Source of the DNA: Promethearchaeota archaeon
GTDB lineage: Archaea > Asgardarchaeota > Lokiarchaeia > Sigyniarchaeales > SOKP01
DNA length: 62,083 nt
Direction: 5' to 3'
Assembly (NCBI GenBank): GCA_016839585.1
Contig: JAEOTZ010000074.1
Coordinates: 1-62,083 of the forward strand
Notes under the pieces: generated by a model
Told to the model about the DNA's origin: nothing
Seen by the model: the letters and a program-made list of their open reading frames with translations, nothing else
Databases searched by the model: none
In this document: positions 33,102-42,476 of the stretch, piece after piece
Numbering within the stretch: position 1 is the first letter of the stretch
Layout: every line of letters starts with the position of its first letter
Made by a program: the position numbers and the translations under genes

Positions 33102-33917
33102 TTATTCTTTATTTTCTCCTGGTTGTTCATTTTTTCCTTCTTCCTCAACTCCTAACTGGGTGACCATAGCTTTTTTCAATTGACTTATATTTTTTGGTAA
33201 CCCAAACATATCAGCATATTTATCAGTAGTAGTTAATTCTTGAGATCTTCCTTTTTTTACTGCATTTACGAACCCATTATCAATAAGATATTTTACATGT
33301 TCATAAGCTCCAGTTCCTCTTAATTTTACTACTGTTGATTTTAATATTGGTTGCTTTAAAGCTATTACAGTCAAAGTTCTCAAATAACGTTCTGCAATAG
33401 CTCCACCTTTAGCAAATTTTGAGACTTTTTCCGTATATTCAGGTCTTATCTGCATTTGATACCTATCCCCAATTTGTGCTATTATCAAAGCAGTGGAGCG
33501 ATCTAAATAATCAAATGCTATTTCATTGGTTAATTCTTCCACTTCTTTTTTAGGTAATTCTAATTTTGTTGATAGTTCTTCAATATTTAAAGGTCGACCA
33601 GCGGCATATAAAGAAGCTTCAATTAGATTTCGATGAAATTCTCTTACCTGCCTTTTTAATAATTCTTCATCCAATTCATCAACTTCTATAGATTCTTCTT
33701 CAATAGAATCTTCTTCTTCTATCATCAAAAGTTCAGTATCACTTTCATCTATTTCTTCAATAATCTTGTTTTCAGAAGCAACCTCAGATTCTCTATTAAT
33801 CTTTTCAGTTTTGGTAGTTTCATCTAATTCCTCATCAAGATCTTCAGAAACTTCTTCTATATCTTCAATAGGTTCTTTATCTAAATTATTATCTAAATTC
33901 TCGTTAAAATTATTCAT
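33102..33917 (-). CDS. scpB: SMC-Scp complex subunit ScpB with acidic N-terminal extension
   Basis: IEASLYAAGRPL, TLTVIALKQPI, LRG, TTDKYADMFGL. Confidence 0.93.
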   Translation of the reverse strand: MNNFNENLDNNLDKEPIEDIEEVSEDLDEELDETTKTEKINRESEVASENKIIEEIDESDTELLMIEEEDSIEEESIEVDELDEELLKRQVREFHRNLIEASLYAAGRPLNIEELSTKLELPKKEVEELTNEIAFDYLDRSTALIIAQIGDRYQMQIRPEYTEKVSKFAKGGAIAERYLRTLTVIALKQPILKSTVVKLRGTGAYEHVKYLIDNGFVNAVKKGRSQELTTTDKYADMFGLPKNISQLKKAMVTQLGVEEEGKNEQPGENKE

Positions 33918-33944
33918 ATTAAAAATTTTTAATTTTTAATTTTA

Positions 33945-34943
33945 CTATCTAGTAATTACAGAAATATCTTTAAAATCTTCATTTTGAGATAAAGTCAATT
34001 TATTTCCAGTGGATAAAAACATTAATGCTAAAAACATCCTTACTAAGGCAAATTTCATGCCAATATCACTTTCTTCTTCAGTTTTAATAATGTCGGTCAA
34101 GTTATAAAAACTAGTTGGTTTACTGTTTAAATCAATTGTAGCTTTTATACGATTGAGCCATGATTCGTGTAATTCTTCAATTGTTTGATCTTTTCCACTG
34201 ATATGTTTTAAGAGTTCCCTTGGTAATTGTGCTTTAGATTTCATTTGTATTCTTTGTTGCTTTAATTCTTCCTTTCTCATTTGTCTTCTTCTTATTTTCT
34301 CCTTATTTTGCATTACTTCTATGATTGCTGATCTCATTGCATCAAATAATTCATCTTTTGTAGCTATTTGCATTTTAGGTTGTATAGGTTGTGGCAATGC
34401 TTTTGGAATGGATCGAGCATGTCTTTCTCTAAATTTTTTTAACTCTTCCATTTTCTGTATTTGTTCTTCTTCTCTGATAATGCTTGAAATTTTATAATGA
34501 TGCAAACTTGCTGATGTTTTAAGTGCAATACCAGATATTTTATAATTAATTAAATTCTCGTGAAGCATATTGTCAAAAAATTTATCAACTAAACTAGCCA
34601 AATCATAAAATGCAATTTCCGACTCTTTTGCCAACTCAGGATCTAATAAACTTGAATAGGGTGGCTTTTGCCAAAATTTCAATTCCATCTTTTCTTTTCT
34701 TAATAAAGCAAGATCCTCTTCTTCATCAAATCCAGCAACTAGTTCTTCTTCAAGTTCTTCTGGTTCTTGAGACCTATCGACAAATTCAGGATGAGAAACA
34801 ATTTTTTCGAGTAATTCGATAATATCTTTCTTTTTAGACTTTGATGGTATTTTAATATTATTCTTATTAGCGAATTCTCTTAATTCCTTTACTGTCCATT
34901 GAGTAAAATTAAATTTATTCTGTAAATCTTGCTTTTCTGATAT
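33945..34943 (-). CDS. scpA: Kleisin ScpA-like protein with N-terminal HEH/Rho-N-like domain; probable ATA start
   Basis: ISGIALKTSA and C-terminal VRMFLALMFL...LSQNEDFKDI; lies between the smc remnant and scpB; frame open 85 codons upstream of the ATG at 34688, up to an ATA preceded by GGTGA. Confidence 0.8.
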   Translation of the reverse strand: MSEKQDLQNKFNFTQWTVKELREFANKNNIKIPSKSKKKDIIELLEKIVSHPEFVDRSQEPEELEEELVAGFDEEEDLALLRKEKMELKFWQKPPYSSLLDPELAKESEIAFYDLASLVDKFFDNMLHENLINYKISGIALKTSASLHHYKISSIIREEEQIQKMEELKKFRERHARSIPKALPQPIQPKMQIATKDELFDAMRSAIIEVMQNKEKIRRRQMRKEELKQQRIQMKSKAQLPRELLKHISGKDQTIEELHESWLNRIKATIDLNSKPTSFYNLTDIIKTEEESDIGMKFALVRMFLALMFLSTGNKLTLSQNEDFKDISVITR

Positions 34944-34949
34944 TTTTTC

Positions 34950-34954
34950 TCACC
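34950..34954 (-). promoter_or_regulatory. Shine-Dalgarno motif GGTGA for scpA
   Basis: GGTGA lies 6 nt upstream of ATA at 34943 and 3 nt after the stop codon of the smc remnant. Confidence 0.6.
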
Positions 34955-34957
34955 TTT

Positions 34958-35083
34958 TTAATTTTCTGTAATGGTTGGCTCAATATCTTCAAGTTCTAAA
35001 AGCCTTTTAGCTTCTTCTTCTAAATCGACACTAAAGATATCGGTGATCCCACTTTGTTGCATTGAAACTCCATAGATTCTATC
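34958..35083 (-). pseudogene. smc: Stranded 3' fragment of smc (41 codons plus stop)
   Basis: Translates DRIYGVSMQQSGITDIFSVDLEEEAKRLLELEDIEPTITEN*; the first 32 aa are identical to the C-terminus of the intact SMC (48435-48554). Confidence 0.93.
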
Positions 35084-35338
35084 TAGTTTCTTAACTATAA
35101 ATTATTCTCTAATCTTTTATTTATTTATCTATAATGTGATGATATTATTCTACCCTTAAAATTTTTAATAGATCATTATTAATCATTTAAAAGTAAAATA
35201 ACTAATCTATTTACTTTTTTAGATGTTAAGGTTATTTTTAGGATTAGTATTTAAAGAAAAAATTCGACCCATCATTCTCATTATTTTTCTTTATATATGT
35301 TGATTTGAATTTTATGTTCAAAAAAAAAATGATCAAAA

Positions 35339-35671
35339 ATGGTAAAATATTACAAACATAATAAGATAATAAAATTATGCACTGTCCTTGGAGCACTCTT
35401 AGCATTTTTATATTGCTTTTTTACTTTATTAAACACTAATAGTATTACTATATGGCCCATAAGTTTCAGTATTAACGGAGTTAATGGTATTATTATTGGA
35501 ATGATAGCCGCTACCTTAACATTTCTAGTTACAATGAAACCTGATGATCCCCTACCATGGCATTGGCTTACCCTTATTGTATTTGGGGTACTACTTTTCA
35601 TTTTCTGTCACATTTTACCTGGTATCTTGGTCTTTATTGGTGCAATTATAGGTATAATAGATGAAATTTAA
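35339..35671 (+). CDS. Small multi-TM membrane protein
   Basis: Three to four hydrophobic helices in 110 aa. Confidence 0.7.
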   Translation: MVKYYKHNKIIKLCTVLGALLAFLYCFFTLLNTNSITIWPISFSINGVNGIIIGMIAATLTFLVTMKPDDPLPWHWLTLIVFGVLLFIFCHILPGILVFIGAIIGIIDEI

Positions 35672-35686
35672 AAGGTGATGTAAAAA

Positions 35687-38600
35687 GTGAAAAGAGTTCA
35701 AAAAGTTTTATTCTGTTTTTGTTTTCTAGTGTGTATCAGTTCAATATTTTCGATAGAGGGAAGTTTAGGTCAAGATACTCGATTTCGACAAGAATTTATT
35801 CAAAATGAACAGATTGATACAAAAGATGAGATCAATAACAAGCCGATCCTCTCTTCTTCAAAAACCAACTACGAAATAATTCAAGAGATATTTTCAGCTA
35901 AATTATCAGATTATTCCTCGTTAGGATATTTTCCGCAAGTATATGAACCATCCTTACAAGCAACATTTTACGCACTTTATATATATAAAGTCATTGAACA
36001 ATTAGATCAGATTAGTTTTAATGATACAATAGAGTTTATAATGTCCTATTATAATAATACTACAAATATATTCTATGATAAGTATGCATATAGATTTTTG
36101 GATACTGATTTCTCACGTACATATTATTCTCTTTCTACGCTTCTTGAAGTTAATTGTTATGCAATCTTATCCTTAGGTATTTTAGATAGGTTAGATTTAA
36201 TTGATAAACAGAAGTCAATCGATTTCATTTGGAGTTGTTACAATCCACTCTCAAGCGGATTTATTGGACAACCCTATGATGTGGATTTAGAGGATTCATT
36301 TAAAATTTCTACTATGGATAACACATATTTTGCAGTTATGACACTAGACTTGTTAATGGATGACTGGAGTAGTTATACAGTTAAGAAAACTGAGGTAATA
36401 CAATATATTAATGACTTACAAGATTCAGTAAGTATTGATTGGAAATATGGAGGATTTTATAATGATAACAATAATACATTTGACAGTTTGACTCCTACAA
36501 AAGACCCCAGCCTTCTTTCTTCTTACTATTGTATTAAAACTTTAGAAATTTTTGAATTGGGAGATACAATTAATAAGATAAGTTTTCATCAATTTCTCGA
36601 TGAGTTATACATTATCAATGAAAATTATTTTAAAATGTCTAAGCTGGATCATAACTATACAAATATTGTTGCTACTGCAATTGGATTAGATCTTTCTTTA
36701 ACGACAGGATATTCAAATATAGATCAAAATGCTGTGACTAACTTTATTTTAAACCATAGAAATCATCTTAACATATGGGATTCCTCAACAACAGTAGCCA
36801 TGTATGAGTTAATCGACACATTCCAGATTATAAGGTCTTTAAATTCCACAGGTGCAATTTCTACCTTCAGTTCTTCCGAAAAGACTCAAGTTGCTAACGC
36901 TGTCAAAAATTTTTATCAGTTTAAGGGCTTTTCACTTACTTCTAAAGAATATACATCTCTAAAGCTTAATAATACAATTGTATCATCATTTCAATTGTTT
37001 GATCGAATTTCAGATTTAGATATACAAAATCTTTATTTAGTCATAAAGGAATGTTTTAGGCAATATGATTATCCTGAATATTGGTACGGATTTATAGATT
37101 ATATAAATGCTGATCCTTTGAAACCTGGTTTTCGGTCTCATCCTATTGAATACTATAATATAGGACATCGTAATTATATTACCGAAATTGATATGGTAAT
37201 GACTTTTAAATCGCTCTTTTTTGCCTTAGATTCAATGAATAAGCTATTTAAATTGGATGACTTTAATGGAGAATTTGGACTAGAAATTCTGATTAATGAT
37301 ATTATACAATCACAGTTTCTAAGCGATTCTTATCCAGAATATTACGGAGCATTTTTACCAATGCGTGGAAACTCCTTCTTTTCATATGAAAGCCAAATAA
37401 AGAAGATATTCTTTAAATATTCTTATTATGCCATAAAATCGTTAGAAGTACTAGTTAACCATCTGAATTTAGGAAATATTGTTAATTTATCTTTTAATAA
37501 AGGAGCATTATATGGATACATTGAAAGAAATATCATTGAAACCTCCTCCACACTCTATTTTGATCCAAAATACACTTCCAATGTTGATATTATCTTAGAA
37601 AATACTTATTATATGATCTATATTTTAAAAACACTGGATCTTTATGATTTAAACAGTCAAAAGATCGAAGAATTTGTACTCCAAAACATAAATTATGATA
37701 ATATAGACAATATCTATTATTCTTATAAAATTTCAGAAATCTTGAACTTAGAAATTGATTTTAACTTTGAACTAACGGGGGATTTAGTTAATTTACTATA
37801 TTCAGAGGATTTGAAAGAGTTTTATATAAGCTCCGATTGCGAAATGATTAACCAAGAGATTTTTCTCTGGATATGTGAAATGGCGAAAAATAGTGAATTA
37901 AAATTTATATGCGAATATGATGAATTGATTAACTTAGGAAGTGTCAATACCATTTCAACATCTTTTCGTAATCTGATTCTATCTAACTTTGGTCCATATA
38001 CTTCTGTTAAATTCGAAAGCTCTCAATTTGGTGTCTTAATCCTTGAGAGACAATTCGATAATACCTATCAAGTAAATTTAATGATTCCAGAAGATCCTAA
38101 CTACTATCCTTATGTTGAGGGGGATATAAAGGTATATGAAGGATCAAGAGTAATTGGTCAGACATCGGTATTCTTTCAGACTGAGTTTGAACAAATTGTT
38201 AATTATACAATTTTAAAGAATAAGGAATGGATTAAATTTGAAATAAACATATCTCGGAAATTCAACTCAGGATTTCAACCAGTTTATAATTCAACAGTAT
38301 CTATTGATATTATCAAAGATGACCAAGATCTTGTAACTTTAAATTTCAGTCGTAAAGATTACATAAGTTATTCTAAATTTACTTTAACCTATGGATACAA
38401 TGGATTAGGAAAATACTTTTTTAATATTATTATCATTGATGATTATTTTCCAAATGGTCAAAATATACTATCATACCTACAAACGATTTCAGAACCAGAT
38501 CCATTTGAGCTTAAAGTTAAAGGACCAATCTTAGCAGGTTTGAGTGTAGCAATATCAGCTACTTCAATGGTCGCAATAGTTAAAGGTGGAAGATGGGTTA

Positions 38601-38725
38601 AAGGAGAGAGAAAAAAGGAAAAACAAAGAGATACCAGTGAAAAAATTGAGAATGAAAAGCAAAAAAAGGATTCTAATGAAGAAATTAGTGATCTAAAAGA
38701 ATCAGCCTTTAAAGACTGGAATTAG
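35687..38725 (+). CDS. Secreted, C-terminally anchored protein with prenyltransferase/squalene-cyclase-like alpha-barrel repeats
   Basis: Signal peptide; repeats such as ATFYAL, SSGFIG, NTYFAV, YGGFY, SSYYCIKTL; C-terminal TM helix and charged tail. Confidence 0.7.
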   Translation: MKRVQKVLFCFCFLVCISSIFSIEGSLGQDTRFRQEFIQNEQIDTKDEINNKPILSSSKTNYEIIQEIFSAKLSDYSSLGYFPQVYEPSLQATFYALYIYKVIEQLDQISFNDTIEFIMSYYNNTTNIFYDKYAYRFLDTDFSRTYYSLSTLLEVNCYAILSLGILDRLDLIDKQKSIDFIWSCYNPLSSGFIGQPYDVDLEDSFKISTMDNTYFAVMTLDLLMDDWSSYTVKKTEVIQYINDLQDSVSIDWKYGGFYNDNNNTFDSLTPTKDPSLLSSYYCIKTLEIFELGDTINKISFHQFLDELYIINENYFKMSKLDHNYTNIVATAIGLDLSLTTGYSNIDQNAVTNFILNHRNHLNIWDSSTTVAMYELIDTFQIIRSLNSTGAISTFSSSEKTQVANAVKNFYQFKGFSLTSKEYTSLKLNNTIVSSFQLFDRISDLDIQNLYLVIKECFRQYDYPEYWYGFIDYINADPLKPGFRSHPIEYYNIGHRNYITEIDMVMTFKSLFFALDSMNKLFKLDDFNGEFGLEILINDIIQSQFLSDSYPEYYGAFLPMRGNSFFSYESQIKKIFFKYSYYAIKSLEVLVNHLNLGNIVNLSFNKGALYGYIERNIIETSSTLYFDPKYTSNVDIILENTYYMIYILKTLDLYDLNSQKIEEFVLQNINYDNIDNIYYSYKISEILNLEIDFNFELTGDLVNLLYSEDLKEFYISSDCEMINQEIFLWICEMAKNSELKFICEYDELINLGSVNTISTSFRNLILSNFGPYTSVKFESSQFGVLILERQFDNTYQVNLMIPEDPNYYPYVEGDIKVYEGSRVIGQTSVFFQTEFEQIVNYTILKNKEWIKFEINISRKFNSGFQPVYNSTVSIDIIKDDQDLVTLNFSRKDYISYSKFTLTYGYNGLGKYFFNIIIIDDYFPNGQNILSYLQTISEPDPFELKVKGPILAGLSVAISATSMVAIVKGGRWVKGERKKEKQRDTSEKIENEKQKKDSNEEISDLKESAFKDWN

Positions 38726-38951
38726 AATGTAGATCTTTCAAAATAAATTTCATAAAATTCGAAATTCTTTATTCTCTTGAATTAGATAAATCGATTTAGA
38801 CATCTTTAACATATAAATATGCTTTTTACTTTCAGTAAAGGTATCATACATCTTATTTAATCCACCCATCTTTTTCACATCATCATAAATATTAAATATT
38901 CAATGATAATCTTCAATTATAATAAAGACAAAATAAAAAATTTGATCTCTA

Positions 38952-41900
38952 ATGAAAGGGAGAAATATTACTATAATCTTTATCTTTTTTTTTATTTTAT
39001 CTACTAATCTATCATTTCCATTCAAGTGCTTAAATTCTAATGGAAATAATATCAATTTGATAAATAAGATCGATTTAAAAAATAATGGTTATTGGAATCT
39101 CACGGGAGCGAATATTTTCATTGATGACCTTGATCCTTCAAGAAACTGGTCTTATACAGCATCTCAGTATGATTGGTGTTCGGGTTCTGGTACTTGGAAT
39201 GAACCTTATATAATTGAAAACGTTACGATTGATGGTCAAAATACTGGAAGTTGTATTACCATTAAAAATTCTAATAAATTTTTTAAAATTAATAATTGTA
39301 CCCTCTATAATTCTGGTTCATTAAACACAAGAATGGGTATTAAATTAGAAAATGTTGAAAATGGATTGATAACAAATAATAGTTGTTATCTGAATGGTAA
39401 TGGAATATATGCATTATTGAATAATAATATAACAATTATGCAAAATAATGCATCAAATAATGCTTATAGTGGATTCCATTTCAACGGAAATCAATCACGA
39501 GTGACTAATAATACTGCATCATATAATTCTTATGATGGGATATCCCTTTTTTCATATAGTCGTGATATCATTGTGTCAAATAATACAGTAAGCTATAATG
39601 GAAGAAGCGGAATAAACTTATATAGTAGTGATAAAAGTGTTATAGCAGATAATTTAATTAAATATAATGGCTATGGAATCTATTTATATAGAGATTGTGA
39701 TAATAATAATTTAACAAGAAATAAAGTTTTTCACAATAATAATGGAGGAATAGTTATATTTGCATGCTTCTATGAGACAGCACAAGATAATATAATTTCA
39801 GAAAATATAATACACCATAATGGTGTTGCAGGTATTCGATTAGAGGGGGTATATGAGGATGATTTTTATCCTAATATAGAATGTTATAGAAATATTGTGT
39901 ACAACAATGAAATTGTTGATCATACATATGGAATATTCATAAAAAATTACGCTATTGAAAATGTGATTTTTGGCAACAATATCTCCCAAAGTTCATATAA
40001 TGGGATATATATCCGATTTGGTAGTGAGTTGAATTTAATTTATGAGAATCGTTTGACAAGTAGTACTTATGAAAACGCAAAAGATAATGTAGGAAATAAT
40101 TATTGGGATAATGGTATTATAGGGAATTATTATGACGATTATCAAGGAAAAGATGAAAATGATGACGGAATTGGAGATACTCCCCATAATATAGGTGGTT
40201 TAGGAGGAAGCGTAGACCATTTCCCTATCTGGGATGACGGAGATGATATTCCTACTCTTATTAATATAATTAAGCCGATTAACAATACATTTTTTGGAGT
40301 TATTCCACCAAATTATGAAGTGCTAATAGATGCTGCAGATTTAGATACTTCTTGGTATACTTTAAATGATGGAATAAAGTACATTTTCACTACTTCGACA
40401 GGAATCATAAATCAGAGTGCATGGGATGCATGTGATAATGGAACGGTGAAAATAACATTTTTTGTAAATGATACTGCTGGTCATTTAGGATCTAAAGAGG
40501 TTTATGTCTACAAAGATATTTATTTTCCAAACATTACAATTATCTCTCCAAAGAAAAATCAATTATTTAGTCATGAAACAATTGAATTTGGGGTTGTAGT
40601 TGACGAGTCGAATTTAAATTCAATTTGGTACACATTAAATGGTGGTCCAATATACTTATGTAATGAAACAACTGGGATGCTTAATAGTGAAGCATGGGAA
40701 AGTTGTGGAAATGGTTCAGTCATTATACGCTTCTATGCAAATGATTCAGCTGGAAATGTTGATTTAAGTGAAGTCATAGTCCGTAAAGATGTTGAAAGTC
40801 CTATTATTTCAATCATATCACCCACTTCTTTTCAATTATTTGGAAACAATACTATTGATTTTGAACTTACTATTGATGATGGAAATTTAAATACTACATG
40901 GTATACTTTAGATAATGGGTTGAATAACTATACATTTTTAGGCACATTAGGGATAATTGATCAAGATGCATGGGACGCTTGCGACAATGGTACTGTTACT
41001 CTAGGTTTTTATACTAATGATACTGTAGGGAATATCGCTTTTAAAGAAGTTATAGTGAGAAAAGATAATATTAATCCAGTCATTAATATTATTAAACCAG
41101 AACCATATGATACCTTTGGAAATTCTACTTTTTCTTATGAGATTCATATTGATGAAGCAAATTTGCATTCTATATGGTATTCTTTTAACAATGGTATCAA
41201 TAATTATTTTATAAATCAATCCATGGGGATTATTGATCAAGAATTTTGGGATCTGTTTGGAAATGGAACAGTAATCCTTTCTTTTTACGTTAATGATTCT
41301 GTAGGAAATTTAGGGTTATCTCAAGTAATGATTAGAAAAAATATATATGCTCCTGTTATAGTATTTGACTTTTCTGATACATATTTAAATACAACTACAC
41401 CTGAATATTATCATAAAGGCTTAGAAGTATCATGTGAAGTTCTAAATTATACTTCTCTATTATGGGTTTATCTTTGTGAAAATTCTAGTGGACTAATGGA
41501 AAATCGTTCTATGATTTATTTAGGCAATGGAATATGGACATATACAATCGATATTACAGCATTAGAATGGAAAGATCAATTTAGTTTTTACTTTCTTACT
41601 AAAGATATCTTAGGATATAGTGGTATCAATAATAATTTTACCAATATGTATACGATAAAAATACATGATTTTCAAGTTCCAATTATTACTATTAATTCAC
41701 CAATCACAAATGAGTTATACGGACTTCAAGCACCAACATTCGATATAGATATAAATGAATTATATCTTCAAGAAAAGTGGTACTCATTAAATGGAGGTAA
41801 TAACATAACGTTTACGACAGAAACTCAATTTGATCAAACTGAATGGAACAAAATAGAGAATGGTACAGTTCTAATTATTTTCTATGCTATAGATGAAACA

Positions 41901-42320
41901 GGAAATATGAATTCGAGTAAAGTTATCGTAAGAAAAGATGGATATCTACCAGATATTATAATCAATTCTCCGATGGATATGCAAAAATTTGGTAAAACTG
42001 CTCCAGATTTTAACATATCTATAATTGAAGAAAATTTTGTCTCTGCATGGTATACCATAGAAGGTATTGTAGGAATTTTTAATTTTACTGGATTGACTGG
42101 TACAATCAATCAAGATGCGTGGGATAATGCACCTGAAGGAGAGATAACCATAACCTTTTATGCTATAGATGGAGCAGGGAGTACAGGGAGTGAAAGTGTT
42201 GTTGTCATAAAAAGCATCCCTAGTACTGGTCCAGTAATTCCAGGATATAATATATTCCTTATACTTAGCGTTCTTTCAGGTTTTACAATCCTATTGAATA
42301 AAATAAAAAAGAAATCGTAA
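38952..42320 (+). CDS. Cell-surface protein: NosD/CASH right-handed beta-helix, Ig-like repeats and Loki-CTERM-like tail
   Basis: GI.L...NN.I..N repeats; GNYYDDYQGKDENDDGIGDTP; about 6 WYTLN...NGTV...NDxxGN repeats; IPGY-TM-KKK tail. Confidence 0.85.
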   Translation: MKGRNITIIFIFFFILSTNLSFPFKCLNSNGNNINLINKIDLKNNGYWNLTGANIFIDDLDPSRNWSYTASQYDWCSGSGTWNEPYIIENVTIDGQNTGSCITIKNSNKFFKINNCTLYNSGSLNTRMGIKLENVENGLITNNSCYLNGNGIYALLNNNITIMQNNASNNAYSGFHFNGNQSRVTNNTASYNSYDGISLFSYSRDIIVSNNTVSYNGRSGINLYSSDKSVIADNLIKYNGYGIYLYRDCDNNNLTRNKVFHNNNGGIVIFACFYETAQDNIISENIIHHNGVAGIRLEGVYEDDFYPNIECYRNIVYNNEIVDHTYGIFIKNYAIENVIFGNNISQSSYNGIYIRFGSELNLIYENRLTSSTYENAKDNVGNNYWDNGIIGNYYDDYQGKDENDDGIGDTPHNIGGLGGSVDHFPIWDDGDDIPTLINIIKPINNTFFGVIPPNYEVLIDAADLDTSWYTLNDGIKYIFTTSTGIINQSAWDACDNGTVKITFFVNDTAGHLGSKEVYVYKDIYFPNITIISPKKNQLFSHETIEFGVVVDESNLNSIWYTLNGGPIYLCNETTGMLNSEAWESCGNGSVIIRFYANDSAGNVDLSEVIVRKDVESPIISIISPTSFQLFGNNTIDFELTIDDGNLNTTWYTLDNGLNNYTFLGTLGIIDQDAWDACDNGTVTLGFYTNDTVGNIAFKEVIVRKDNINPVINIIKPEPYDTFGNSTFSYEIHIDEANLHSIWYSFNNGINNYFINQSMGIIDQEFWDLFGNGTVILSFYVNDSVGNLGLSQVMIRKNIYAPVIVFDFSDTYLNTTTPEYYHKGLEVSCEVLNYTSLLWVYLCENSSGLMENRSMIYLGNGIWTYTIDITALEWKDQFSFYFLTKDILGYSGINNNFTNMYTIKIHDFQVPIITINSPITNELYGLQAPTFDIDINELYLQEKWYSLNGGNNITFTTETQFDQTEWNKIENGTVLIIFYAIDETGNMNSSKVIVRKDGYLPDIIINSPMDMQKFGKTAPDFNISIIEENFVSAWYTIEGIVGIFNFTGLTGTINQDAWDNAPEGEITITFYAIDGAGSTGSESVVVIKSIPSTGPVIPGYNIFLILSVLSGFTILLNKIKKKS

Positions 42321-42476
42321 ACCATTTTTTTTCCTTTTTTTGCTTCCATTTTTATTACCTACATTTATTGAATCCAAAACTCAAGTCAATTTTTCTTCTT
42401 TTTTTTTACTTTTTGTTTACTTTTTATGTCTTTATGAAGATAAAAAACATAATATAAATAATTTAAAAGTTGAATT

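Noticed and set aside
38830-38890. Minus-strand ATGATGA...CTGA resembling a C/D sRNA
   Set aside because: No convincing internal boxes or recognisable rRNA guide
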